A stretch of 64,000 nt of DNA, taken from positions 1 through 64,000 of IMG/VR virus record IMGVR_UViG_3300032174_000075; one strand, written 5' to 3'. Position numbers and translations under genes: made by a program. The first letter of the stretch is position 1. Each line of letters opens with the position of its first letter. Under the pieces are notes generated by a model. It was not told where the DNA came from, did no database searches, and saw only the letters and a program-made list of their open reading frames with translations. Positions 27,695-37,617 of the stretch are shown here, one piece after another. The stretch is from a virus.

Positions 27695-28297
27695 GTGCTG
27701 ACGCAGATCATAAAACCCTATTTGTACGAAGAATACGCCGATGACGAAAACATTCAGGCTCTTGTGGACGCATGGTCTACGATTGCCCAGCAATACATGG
27801 ATTGGTTTGTCACCGTAAACCTTCCAATTTACACGGGGCCAGTCGTCTCAGGCGCGCTTCTGGACTGGGTAGGGCAAGGCCTTTATGGGATTGCCCGGCC
27901 CGTCCTTCCCTTTGGCGAGGCATCGGACGACGGGCTCTACAACGCGCTTCTATTCGACGAGCTGACATTCGACGACTCGGATATCACCAGCTCAGGGTCG
28001 TTCATCACAGACGACGACACGTACAGGCGCGTCATCACTTGGCACTTCTTCAAGGGGGATGGCAGGCAGTTCACGATTCCCTGGCTGAAGCGCCGCATCA
28101 TGCAGTTCCTGACTGGTGTGAACGGCATTCCCATCAACATCGACCAAACTTACGACGTGTCCGTGATGATCAGCGGAACGATAGCCACCATCACAATCCC
28201 AGCATCGTATTCGTTCGCCAATATCTTTCAGGCGGCGGTTGATGCTGGGGCATTGGAATTGCCATTTCAGTTTTCCTGGGCTGTCACGGTGGTATAA
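27695..28297 (+). CDS. baseplate wedge protein (DUF2612-like)
   Basis: G.LLDWVG.GLYG..RP and DDDTYRR..TW motifs. Confidence 0.75.
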   Translation: MLTQIIKPYLYEEYADDENIQALVDAWSTIAQQYMDWFVTVNLPIYTGPVVSGALLDWVGQGLYGIARPVLPFGEASDDGLYNALLFDELTFDDSDITSSGSFITDDDTYRRVITWHFFKGDGRQFTIPWLKRRIMQFLTGVNGIPINIDQTYDVSVMISGTIATITIPASYSFANIFQAAVDAGALELPFQFSWAVTVV

Positions 28298-28306
28298 GGA
28301 TAGGCA

Positions 28307-30850
28307 ATGGCCGCGACGAAATATCAGCTAGCCGCCAACCTTGCGAAGTCCACGCTCGCCTCGAATCTTTCATCCGGCGGCACGACGATCTCGCTTGCGC
28401 CGGGCACGGGCGCATTGTTTCCGTCACCTGGGGCGAACCAGTATTTCACCTTAACCTTGAAGGACGCCGCGACAGGGACATTCACCGAGATTGTCTGGTG
28501 CACGGCCCGAACCACGGATACGCTGACGGTCATCCGCGCCCAGGAAGGAACGACGGCACGGGCTTGGCTTGCGGGCGATCAGGCGAACAATCTATGGACG
28601 GCAGGCTCGTTCCAAAACCTGACGCAGCCAACCGACCTTCAGCAGCAGGCGCCGAACTACGCCCTGACGACCGGCGACAATACCCTGGTTGCCACATTGT
28701 CAGTCGTCCCGGCTGCATATGTGGCGGGCCTCACATTGCGGCTCACCAAGAACGCAAATCCCAATACGACAGCGGTCACCCTGAACGTCAATTCCTTGGG
28801 GGCTAAGTCTGTTGTTCATACGGACGGAACTGCGCTCGCGTCCGGCGATCTTCCGGGAAACTCGACGTTTATTGTCGTCTATGACGGCACGAAGTTTGTT
28901 CTACAGGGCCTTTCTACCGCCGCTGGCATTTCAACGTCGCAGCTCCAGCAACAGGCCGGCAATTACGCCCCCGATACAGGAAGTGCAAATTCCCTTGTCG
29001 TAACGCTCAATCCCGTTCCGGCGAACCTTGCCTTTCTCGTCGGCGTTCCGATTCGGATCAAAAAGAGCGCGGCTGCGAACACAGGCGGCTGCACGCTCGC
29101 GGTCAATGGCCTTGCTGCTACGGTCATGAAATACGCCGATGGCTCGACGCTGAAAGCCGGAGACTTGCCCGCGAATGGTGTTTTCGAGGCGGTCTATGAT
29201 GGCACACAGTTTGTGCTTCAAGGCCCGACAGGCGCGGCACAGACCGACAATCTCGCTGCTGGGGCCATACAACAGCAGGCCGGGAACTTCGCGGTCGATA
29301 CGGGCACGGCAAACGCCTTAGTCGTCACGCTATCGCCTGTTCCCGCTTCCTTGGCGTCGATCTTGGGCTCGCCCATTCGCATCCAGAAAGGAGCCGCCGC
29401 GAATACGAGCACTTGCACGCTGGCAGTGAATGGACTGACAGCGACCGCGATAAAATACGCAGACGGAACTTCGCTGAAGGCTTCCGACCTCCCGGCAAAT
29501 GGAGTCTTGGAAGTCAGCTACGACGGCACGCAGTTCATTCTGCTTTCCGTCTCAGGCAGTTCGCAGGTTGGCTCTTTGGCTGCGTCCGCCATACAGCTTC
29601 AAACCGGAAACTATGCCGTCGATAGCGGAAGCGCGAACGCGCTGGCCGTGACGTTGAGCCCTGTTCCGGCGAACTTGGCAGCGCTGGTCGGGACTCCGAT
29701 CCGCATCAAGAAATCCGGCTCGGCGAATACGGGGAGCTGCACCTTGGCCGTCAACGGGTTCACGGCAACGGCTGTGAAGTACGCCGATGGTACGTCCTTG
29801 AAGGCGGGCGATCTTCCCGCCAGCGGGGCGATAGAGGTTGTTTACGATGGGACGCAATTCGTCCTTCTATCGGTTACCGGCGCGACGCAGGTTGGAGGAC
29901 TTGCTGGTGCTGCAATCCAGGCTCAAGCAGGAAACTATGCGCTAACGACCGGAGACAATACGCTTGTCGCGACGCTGTCGCCGGTTCCGGGAGCATATGC
30001 CGCTGGATTGACGCTCCGTCTGACGAAGAATGCGAACGCGAACAGCACGGCTGTGACGCTGAATGTGAACAGCCTTGGTGCAAAGAATGTCGTGCATAGC
30101 GATGGCTCGGCGCTGGCTGCTGGTGATTTGCCTGCCAATTCGACCTTTGTAGTCGTCTACGACGGCACGAGTTTTGTTCTGCAAGGTCTTTCGGCAGTTG
30201 CCGGGGTAACAGAAACACAATTACAGCAGCAAGCCGGAAATTACGCGGTGGATACAGGGTCAGCCCTGAATGCCATAACGATCACGCTGGACCCTGTTCC
30301 GACATTGACGGAACTGATTGGCGCTCCGATCAGAGTCAAAAAGAGTGCGAACTCAAACAGCGGCGCCTGCACGCTCAATGTGAACAGTCTTGGCGCGATA
30401 GAGATCAAATACGCCGATGGCGCAAGCATGCGGAGCGCCGATCTTTATTCGAACAGCCTTTTTACTGTCATCTATAACGGGACCGTTTTTGTTTTGCAGA
30501 GCATTACCGGCACGCGGCAGATAGTAAATCTGCTCGGCGACAGGGCGATCACCGATAATGGGTTTCTGCGGATAGGTTCGCTGCTCCTGCAATGGGGACT
30601 GACACTGCCGTTTTCGACCGCAGACGGTGTTCAGACGATCAATTTCAACACAGCCTATACCGTCAAGTGTTACGGCGTGAGTCTTGTCGGCATCAACCCA
30701 TCTGGCGGAACAGCCTTGAGTTTTGATACCTTCCCTGAAGCAGTGGACTTCAGTTCTTCCACGGCCAGCTTCACGGCACTAATGCAGGCAACGGACGGCT
30801 CCGCTACGAATACGCAGAAAGCTGTCGCTTGGTTCGCTTGGGGGGATTAG
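28307..30850 (+). CDS. tail fibre with six internal repeats and a gp53-like C-terminal domain
   Basis: N-terminal EIV..TAR..DTLTV.RAQEGT.AR; repeats; NGF.RIG.LLLQWG. Confidence 0.85.
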   Translation: MAATKYQLAANLAKSTLASNLSSGGTTISLAPGTGALFPSPGANQYFTLTLKDAATGTFTEIVWCTARTTDTLTVIRAQEGTTARAWLAGDQANNLWTAGSFQNLTQPTDLQQQAPNYALTTGDNTLVATLSVVPAAYVAGLTLRLTKNANPNTTAVTLNVNSLGAKSVVHTDGTALASGDLPGNSTFIVVYDGTKFVLQGLSTAAGISTSQLQQQAGNYAPDTGSANSLVVTLNPVPANLAFLVGVPIRIKKSAAANTGGCTLAVNGLAATVMKYADGSTLKAGDLPANGVFEAVYDGTQFVLQGPTGAAQTDNLAAGAIQQQAGNFAVDTGTANALVVTLSPVPASLASILGSPIRIQKGAAANTSTCTLAVNGLTATAIKYADGTSLKASDLPANGVLEVSYDGTQFILLSVSGSSQVGSLAASAIQLQTGNYAVDSGSANALAVTLSPVPANLAALVGTPIRIKKSGSANTGSCTLAVNGFTATAVKYADGTSLKAGDLPASGAIEVVYDGTQFVLLSVTGATQVGGLAGAAIQAQAGNYALTTGDNTLVATLSPVPGAYAAGLTLRLTKNANANSTAVTLNVNSLGAKNVVHSDGSALAAGDLPANSTFVVVYDGTSFVLQGLSAVAGVTETQLQQQAGNYAVDTGSALNAITITLDPVPTLTELIGAPIRVKKSANSNSGACTLNVNSLGAIEIKYADGASMRSADLYSNSLFTVIYNGTVFVLQSITGTRQIVNLLGDRAITDNGFLRIGSLLLQWGLTLPFSTADGVQTINFNTAYTVKCYGVSLVGINPSGGTALSFDTFPEAVDFSSSTASFTALMQATDGSATNTQKAVAWFAWGD
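28640..30500 (+). repeat. six tandem 102/108-aa domain repeats in A-B-B-B-A-B order
   Basis: Units start at 28640, 28946, 29270, 29594, 29918 and 30224 (spacing 306/324/324/324/306 nt). Confidence 0.9.
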
Positions 30851-30878
30851 AATATCATGAGGTCGAAGGAACTTTGAC

Positions 30879-32315
30879 ATGAACATTTTCCGATGCGTGG
30901 TTGGCGCAACGTTGGTCGCGCTTGGTTTAGCGACTGGGGCTGGTGCGCAAACTCAGACCGCGCCAGTGCCGCAGTGCCAGTATCAGCCGAGCGGCGTCCA
31001 AGGTGGCACGCCGTCGTCGTGCGGCAATCTTCAAGGCTTTATCGGCAGCGACGGGAAGGTTCATCAAGTCTCGTCAACGGACCCCCTGCCAACGGCCGCC
31101 AGCAGCGGCGGAACGGTCAACCAGGGCACGCCTAACGCTGGCGGGACTGCCTCATGGTGGACGCGCCTTGTCGACAATCTCGGGTCTGCGATTACCTCGA
31201 CACTGAATGGCGGCAAGCAATCTCTCGACGTGAACGTGAGCGGGTCGGCGCTGCCAGCGAACGCGGCGCAGGAAACCGGGGGAAATCTCGCCACTATCGC
31301 GACCAATACGACGGGGGGTGCGACTGCTGTAAGACAGGATACCGGCAATGCGTCGCTTTCTACGATTGCGACCAACACAACTGGTGCATCAACATCAGCG
31401 AAACAGGACACCGGAAATACATCACTGTCTTCAATCGACACGAAGTTGTCGTCACAGGCAACGGCCGCGAATCAAACTACTGGCAATACATCACTTTCAA
31501 GCATCGACACGAAACTCACCAGCCAGGCGACGGCGGCAAATCAGACGACGGCGAATGGTTCACTCTCGACGATTGCCACGAATACGACCGGGTCCTCTAC
31601 CGCAGCGAACCAATCTGCGATTCAGGCGCCCGTTGCCCCTGCCACAGCAACGGCGACGAAGTCTGTTCTCGGCGGGTGCCAATACAATTCGGCCGGCATT
31701 ACGCCTACAGATGGGCAACAGTTCGCACTCCAATGCGGGCCGAAGGGCGGCCTCAGCGTTGGCGGTAGTGTCGCTTCTGCGGCGACGGACAACGGAAACC
31801 CCGTCAAGACGGGAGCGGTGTACAATTCATCGGTTCCTACGGTCACGACAGGACAGCGGGTCGATACGCAGGCCGACGCGCACGGCGACACGAAGATCGT
31901 CCCTGCGGATGCAAATGGCGTGCCTATCGACCCCACGCAGCCTGCGCCGATTTATGCCGCGCCTTGTGCGACGAATGCTTGCGGAATTTCCCGCGTTGCA
32001 TCTACGGCGGTCGAATCCGGCCATGTCATCAAGGCCAGTGCCGGAAATCTCTATGACCTACAGGTCACGACGGGGGCGGGCGCTGGAAACGTCATGGTAT
32101 TCAATTCGACGACGGTTCCGGGTGACGGAGCGGTTACGCCGGTCATCTGCGCGCCTGTTGCTGCGAACTCGATGATCGACATTGGCGCTGGCGGCGACCC
32201 GCCTGGGTACTTCACGACGGGGATATCCGTCGCATTTTCAACTGCGGCAGGTAGCGCCGCATGTCTAACCAAAACGGCCTCCTCGACTGCATTCTTCTCT
32301 TGGAAGTCACAGTGA
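30879..32315 (+). CDS. Sec-signal protein with ~23-aa Q.TGN.SLS.I.T repeats and a C-terminal beta domain
   Basis: N-terminal hydrophobic stretch ending AGA|Q; repeats at about 31270-31620; paired cysteines. Confidence 0.75.
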   Translation: MNIFRCVVGATLVALGLATGAGAQTQTAPVPQCQYQPSGVQGGTPSSCGNLQGFIGSDGKVHQVSSTDPLPTAASSGGTVNQGTPNAGGTASWWTRLVDNLGSAITSTLNGGKQSLDVNVSGSALPANAAQETGGNLATIATNTTGGATAVRQDTGNASLSTIATNTTGASTSAKQDTGNTSLSSIDTKLSSQATAANQTTGNTSLSSIDTKLTSQATAANQTTANGSLSTIATNTTGSSTAANQSAIQAPVAPATATATKSVLGGCQYNSAGITPTDGQQFALQCGPKGGLSVGGSVASAATDNGNPVKTGAVYNSSVPTVTTGQRVDTQADAHGDTKIVPADANGVPIDPTQPAPIYAAPCATNACGISRVASTAVESGHVIKASAGNLYDLQVTTGAGAGNVMVFNSTTVPGDGAVTPVICAPVAANSMIDIGAGGDPPGYFTTGISVAFSTAAGSAACLTKTASSTAFFSWKSQ

Positions 32316-32776
32316 TGCGCAAAACGCTCTTGCTTGTTGCCGTCGCATTCTGCGTTGGGCTTATATCGCATTCCAGCGCTGACACTGCCTCGGTCAGCGG
32401 TGTGCCGGCGAAGACGACGAACATTGTCTCGGCCAAAAGCGTCAACCTTCAATCGACGGGCGATCAAGGCACGATCTCGATCCCACCGCAGATTACGAAG
32501 TACGCGGTCACGGCCGTACAGATCACGAATTGCTCCGCTACGCCTATTCTGGCCCAGCCCGCGATCTACACGGGAGCCAGCGCGTCCGGGACGAACATTG
32601 TGGCTGCGGCTGTCATTACGACGGCGACGGCGACAACAAAAGTTGTCAATTCTACGGTCGTAGCAGGAACGCTGACCACGGCACTCACGGCCTCGACGCT
32701 CTACATCAACGTCACTGTCGCGAACTCCGGGGCGTTGACGTGTGATTTTTACGTTGTCCTGAATGACCTGAGCTAG
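32315..32776 (+). CDS. Sec-signal beta-sandwich protein
   Basis: ATG overlapping previous TGA; MRKTLLLVAVAFCVGLISHSSA|D. Confidence 0.7.
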   Translation: MRKTLLLVAVAFCVGLISHSSADTASVSGVPAKTTNIVSAKSVNLQSTGDQGTISIPPQITKYAVTAVQITNCSATPILAQPAIYTGASASGTNIVAAAVITTATATTKVVNSTVVAGTLTTALTASTLYINVTVANSGALTCDFYVVLNDLS

Positions 32777-32784
32777 GGGGCTGC

Positions 32785-33630
32785 ATGAACCGCCGCGATC
32801 TACTCAAGGCCATGGCGACGGCTCCGATCATCGGGGCGCCGAATATCGCTCGCGCGGGCTACATATACGGCCGCAAACCTTGGGTGCCGACAGACCTTGG
32901 CACACAACTCGTCGCATGGTGGCGCGCGCAAGACTACACGCTTATGGTCGATGATGGCTCGGGGCTGATATCGAGTTGGAAGGACTATATCGGCGGTCTC
33001 ACCGTTACGGCGACGACCACGGCACGTCCCACCTGGAGCGCGACAAGCTTCAACAGCAGCTACCCCGGACTAACCTTCGATGGATCAGCAAACTGTTTCG
33101 TTGCAACCTCATTCGGCGCTTTGCCGACCGGCTCGACGGCCGGAGAGATTTGGTGCGTGGCGACGCAGACCGTCGCGCAGATAGGCTATGTCTGTTCCTA
33201 TGGCGGCACCGCTGGCGGGACTCTTCGCCGAGCCGGCGTCAACGCGACATTCCATCCGAACGGTGGCGATGGCACGACAGCTCTTGCCGATAGCGGAACC
33301 AATCTGGTTTCATCTCCGGCGATTTGGGGGATTCAGTTCAGCGGGACGACGGCAAATGGTTGGATCAACGGAACAGCCTTCAATTCAAACCCGACGACCA
33401 TTGGTTCGCTCAATACGCTCACGACACGCCTTCGCATCGGCTCAAACAACGGCTCGTCAGCCGCAAGTTTCTTCGGCGGCGTGGGCAGCGATATTCTGGT
33501 AGTGAGCCCCACTTTATCGACAGCGAATCGGCAAAATCTTGAAGGCTATTTCGCTTGGGCGCGGGGCATGCAGACGGCTTCGAACTCATTCCTTCCTGCC
33601 TCGCAGCCCTACAGATATGCTCCGCCCTAA
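32785..33630 (+). CDS. Tat-signal LamG/ConA-like jelly-roll protein
   Basis: MNRRDLLK...ARA|G twin-arginine signal; W.P.DL...LVAWW.A.D...ISSW.D; LEGYFAW. Confidence 0.75.
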   Translation: MNRRDLLKAMATAPIIGAPNIARAGYIYGRKPWVPTDLGTQLVAWWRAQDYTLMVDDGSGLISSWKDYIGGLTVTATTTARPTWSATSFNSSYPGLTFDGSANCFVATSFGALPTGSTAGEIWCVATQTVAQIGYVCSYGGTAGGTLRRAGVNATFHPNGGDGTTALADSGTNLVSSPAIWGIQFSGTTANGWINGTAFNSNPTTIGSLNTLTTRLRIGSNNGSSAASFFGGVGSDILVVSPTLSTANRQNLEGYFAWARGMQTASNSFLPASQPYRYAPP

Positions 33631-33645
33631 GCCAGAGATATTGAA

Positions 33646-36156
33646 ATGACCGTTGGCACTCAATCCGTGACGATCATCGGCAATGCCACAGGGCCTCGCG
33701 GTCCTGCCGGGCCTCAAGCGCCTGCGCCGACCGTTGCGGACGTGGAAACCTTTCGTAAGTCGAGCTTTGGCGATACCAGCGCGATCTTCGTCTCTGGGTA
33801 TTACGGCTTCGGCACGCCCGGGGGTGGGTTGTTCTTGTATGATCTAGCCGCCGGTGCCGACAATGGCGGAACGGTCTTGCATGATTCCGGAGGACGCCCC
33901 TTCGTCCGGCAGAACTACACAGGCTCCATCTATGAGTGGGGCGCGAAATGTGACGGCGTGATGTCCACTGCGCCAGGGGCGATAACCATAGGGTCCAGTA
34001 CATTTACGTCTCCAATTGCGTTGACGCAGGCCGATATCGGAAAGCCGATTGCCATTGTCGGCGCTGGGGCTAGCGATGGAACGCTCGCCACTACGATTTT
34101 GAACGTCGATGTTACTGGGTTAATTCTGACCCTTTCCACTCCCGCAGTTTCGACCGTTCCGACATATCTAGCGCGCGCCGCAGGGGCAATCGTCACGCCT
34201 GGCTCGGCTTATGTGGTCGGCGATCAAAGCGTTATGTCGGACGGCACGACTATCTTTGTTGCTTCCGTTGGTTCGTCCGGAGAGATCACAAAATTCCTTG
34301 TCATGGCGCAGGGTGCCAATATTGCGACGTTACCCGGCACGCTCACGCAAAGCAGCACGACAGGCGCTGGGCATGATTTTACATGCACGCTTTCATACAC
34401 TGCCAGCGGGCAGTTTGCCTATGCAACAAACGACGGCGCAATTCTGAATACCGCGCTGGCTTGGACCGCAGCAAATCCAAATGCGCCCGATGTAAGTATT
34501 CCACGAAAAGTTCTCGCGACCACGACGCCGATCTTGATGCCGTCCGGAGAAGTTCATCTTCGTGGTGGAGGAGGATTGAGTCTAAACAGCAACGCGGGGG
34601 CGGGCATTCTTGCTTTGGCGCCTATGAGCACGGGCGTCGTCTATCGCTCTTCGACGGCCGGAACAGGCGGGGGTGGCGTTCACAGCCTTTGGGTCGATGC
34701 TTACCAGCTCGCCCCATCCGCGACTGAACATGCCGGCGGACGAGATTTCATCTGGGAAAGCGTTTCTTCGCGAAATGGCCTAGTCCAGAACCACTATGCC
34801 CACGGCTCGACCACGGATGCTTGCGCGGGCGTGCTGTATACGCGGCCAGATGCGCGCGTTATCACGCAAACCTTCGCCAGAATCGACAAGGCCGCCCTCT
34901 ACGGGTTCAATTTCCAATCGAACGGAGGACCCGGAACTATCAATTCCCCGGCCTCATCGAACAGTCTGACCTCGGCTATCGAAGATGCGACCTCGGGACT
35001 TCATATCTCCAGCGGCAATATCTTCGGGGCATGGCCTTACGCGCCGCAATACGGGATCAATGTCACTGGGCAGGCAACCCTAATTGGAAATCAAACCGGA
35101 GGCCCGAGGATCGCGGGAGTGCGCGTCGCCGCCGGAAGGGTTCTGTGCCAAAATACTTACGTCCAGTTTGGCGCAACCACATATGCTGGCCCTGGAACTT
35201 ATGGCGTCCTGATCGAGGCTACTGGGTCCCCTTATTTTACCAACGATTGCGTGGTCATGGGGACGACGACCGATAGCGATATCGGCGCTGGCAATGTTAT
35301 CCACCAAAACGGTTCGCCAGGAACTGGGACCGTCGTCCAGAATAATGCCAACGCGACATATTCTTGGCCCCCGGCCTCGAATGCCTCTACCGCTTCGATA
35401 TGGGCTCAGCCGACGACAAATGGCCTAGCCTCGGAAGCGGCAACCCTTTTGTCGCCAGCAATGGGATTCACGCAGTTCAATCTCTATGACACGTTGTTCC
35501 GCGCGATAGGGCCAAGCATCCTTGCGAAGCTTGATTTGCTGTATGTCTTTGTCGCCTTGGACGAGATAACGGCGCTCATCAATATCGCGAACCCAAGTGG
35601 TCCGGTATGCCTGAAGGTCGGGGCGCCAATCTTCACGGCCCTTGGCGGGTATACTGGCAACGGTTCTGGTTATCTCGACAATCAGATCATCACGAGCACG
35701 CTCACCAAGTTCGTGTTGAACGATGCTTCAATGTTCGTTTGGACGGGGGATGATCAGGCCGCGAACAATTCGTATGCTGTAGGGCAAGCCAGTTCTCCGC
35801 GCTCGCGCATCAATCCAAGAACGGCCTCTTTGAAACTTCTTACGCGCTCGCAAAGCGCGACGGACGACTCTACGGTCGGCAACGTAGCAAACAGCATCGG
35901 TATGACTGGTTGGACGAGAAACGCAGCGCCGAGCTACACGCAATACAAGGACGCTGTTGTAGTCGGAACGCCGGCCACAGCTTCTACAGCGCGCGGAAAC
36001 GCCGACATGACATTTCTTTCCGATTCGCTGGCTACTTTCTCGACGCGAAACATTCAAGCATTTGCGTGCGGCGGTTATCTGACGCCCACGGAGGTGACGG
36101 GGCTATTCACTCCGATGCGCGCCTACCTCGTGTCGCAAGGCCAGCCGGTGACCTAA
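33646..36156 (+). CDS. tailspike / polysaccharide depolymerase (beta-helix) with a C-terminal lectin-like domain
   Basis: GYY...GGG.F...DNGGT head motif, WGAK.DG and D..ILN.AL pectate-lyase-3-like elements, N/G/T-rich helix. Confidence 0.75.
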   Translation: MTVGTQSVTIIGNATGPRGPAGPQAPAPTVADVETFRKSSFGDTSAIFVSGYYGFGTPGGGLFLYDLAAGADNGGTVLHDSGGRPFVRQNYTGSIYEWGAKCDGVMSTAPGAITIGSSTFTSPIALTQADIGKPIAIVGAGASDGTLATTILNVDVTGLILTLSTPAVSTVPTYLARAAGAIVTPGSAYVVGDQSVMSDGTTIFVASVGSSGEITKFLVMAQGANIATLPGTLTQSSTTGAGHDFTCTLSYTASGQFAYATNDGAILNTALAWTAANPNAPDVSIPRKVLATTTPILMPSGEVHLRGGGGLSLNSNAGAGILALAPMSTGVVYRSSTAGTGGGGVHSLWVDAYQLAPSATEHAGGRDFIWESVSSRNGLVQNHYAHGSTTDACAGVLYTRPDARVITQTFARIDKAALYGFNFQSNGGPGTINSPASSNSLTSAIEDATSGLHISSGNIFGAWPYAPQYGINVTGQATLIGNQTGGPRIAGVRVAAGRVLCQNTYVQFGATTYAGPGTYGVLIEATGSPYFTNDCVVMGTTTDSDIGAGNVIHQNGSPGTGTVVQNNANATYSWPPASNASTASIWAQPTTNGLASEAATLLSPAMGFTQFNLYDTLFRAIGPSILAKLDLLYVFVALDEITALINIANPSGPVCLKVGAPIFTALGGYTGNGSGYLDNQIITSTLTKFVLNDASMFVWTGDDQAANNSYAVGQASSPRSRINPRTASLKLLTRSQSATDDSTVGNVANSIGMTGWTRNAAPSYTQYKDAVVVGTPATASTARGNADMTFLSDSLATFSTRNIQAFACGGYLTPTEVTGLFTPMRAYLVSQGQPVT

Positions 36157-36518
36157 TGGCGCAGAACAACGCCGACTACAACGGAGTCCTGAGTTGTGTT
36201 CAGGACGACCGAGTCACGCCGATCTACCTGACGGCAGACGGAACGTCAGGCGGGACGCCGCTGCATCTTGAACTGTGGCTGCGCCAATCTCCGGGCGGCC
36301 CAGTCGTGGCGGAGTTTTCCACGGTAGACAATACCCTTGTTATTCTTGAGCCTCCGAACGACAATCAAATATCCTGGCACATTCCGTTCACGACGATGCA
36401 GACACTCGCGGCAAATCTCTATTACGGCGACGTGCTCGCGTTGGTGTCGGATACGTCTAGGCTTGGATACGGCTCGCTCTTGTTTCCAGTAGAGCAAGGA
36501 TCGACGGAAATGGAGTAG
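36156..36518 (+). CDS. hypothetical tail-associated protein
   Basis: ATG overlapping the tailspike TAA, 120 aa. Confidence 0.6.
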   Translation: MAQNNADYNGVLSCVQDDRVTPIYLTADGTSGGTPLHLELWLRQSPGGPVVAEFSTVDNTLVILEPPNDNQISWHIPFTTMQTLAANLYYGDVLALVSDTSRLGYGSLLFPVEQGSTEME

Positions 36519-36592
36519 AAGACAGCCTGTCTCTGAGGTGCCGCGCCCGGTCACGCTTGAATGCTGGCCGGGCTTTGCATATCCGGGCGATT

Positions 36593-37429
36593 TCAAAAAT
36601 GCATCCTGTCGCTATCTATGGTGTCGATCATCCGCAAGCCGTCGGTGCCGGGTATTTCTTGGTCCAGCGAGATCGGCGCGAATAAAAATGGATGCATTCT
36701 CCGCACACGAGCCAGCGCCTTCGGAACAGCCGTCTTCATTTCACCGGGACGGAGTGAGCCCTCTAAGATCGCAAGGATGATGTCTTGGCAGACATCCGCT
36801 CGAATGAAGTGAGGGACCTGCGCCGGAACCATCCGATTGACCATTGCTAGAAGGCCAGTCGGGTCGTCGCGTTCGCTGTCCAAATATGGATAGCATTTTT
36901 CCCGCGTTGGCGTATGGCGAAGGTCGTTTTCGCGATTGACGAGCTTTCGCCTGTTCCTGATTACCGAGCACAACGACTTGCTTATCCCAAGGCGTTCGCA
37001 TATCTCAGTTGGCCTGATGCCTTGATGGCTGAGCGCTATCACGGCCTTTGTTGTTTCGTTAAATTCCCGCGCGCTATATCGACGAATCTTTATGCCAGTG
37101 TCGGCCAAAATTCGCTTCACTTTATCTATTGAAACCAAAAACTTCTCTCCGACCTTTTCAAGCGTCGCGCCAGACAGATATTCGGCGACAATTTCCGCCG
37201 TCGGAAACGTCGCCCTTTCTTGCTGATAGCGCTTCTTGATTAGATCGAAGCCATGGCGTTCTGTAACGCCGTTGCGAATGGCGACTTGGCGAATTGTCTC
37301 CCGCGAAAGCCCATATACACTCGCTATTGACTGCAACGAATGCTCTCCGCTTTGTAACATCGCAATGATTTCGCAGTTCCTCGCGGTCCTGTCGGCACAT
37401 GGGGGAGGCTTTTTGCGAGCGCCTGTCAC
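36593..37429 (-). CDS. multi-HTH protein with a C-terminal sigma-70 region 2/3.2-like segment
   Basis: Three HTHs (SLQSIASVYGLSRETIRQ, TLEKVGEKFLVSIDKVKRIL, RPTEICERLGISKS); RADVCQDIILAILE...ISLDQEIPGTDG. Confidence 0.65.
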   Translation of the reverse strand: MTGARKKPPPCADRTARNCEIIAMLQSGEHSLQSIASVYGLSRETIRQVAIRNGVTERHGFDLIKKRYQQERATFPTAEIVAEYLSGATLEKVGEKFLVSIDKVKRILADTGIKIRRYSAREFNETTKAVIALSHQGIRPTEICERLGISKSLCSVIRNRRKLVNRENDLRHTPTREKCYPYLDSERDDPTGLLAMVNRMVPAQVPHFIRADVCQDIILAILEGSLRPGEMKTAVPKALARVRRMHPFLFAPISLDQEIPGTDGLRMIDTIDSDRMHF

Positions 37430-37617
37430 TGCCTCTTCAACTCCTGTATCCTCTCCAGCGCCTCCATGAGGGCGATGATCTGGGGGGATGGTGAGCGTAA
37501 TCCGGTTTCCATTTCTCGCACTCGCTTGTTCGGGCTTTCGAGGCGGAGCTTTTCGCCGAACTGAGTCACGGATAGCCCGAGGCGGAGACGGAGCGCGCGG
37601 ATTTCAAAAGGGGTCAT
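37426..37617 (-). CDS. Xre/HigA-like HTH protein
   Basis: MTP.EIRALR.RLGLS..QF...L......V..ME.G.R.PS; ATGA overlaps on both sides. Confidence 0.8.
   Translation of the reverse strand: MTPFEIRALRLRLGLSVTQFGEKLRLESPNKRVREMETGLRSPSPQIIALMEALERIQELKRQ

Noticed and set aside
28307-36156. Diversity-generating retroelement or invertible tail-fibre cassette
   Set aside because: No reverse transcriptase or invertase, and no adenine-specific TR/VR pair; fibre repeats differ at synonymous sites of all bases
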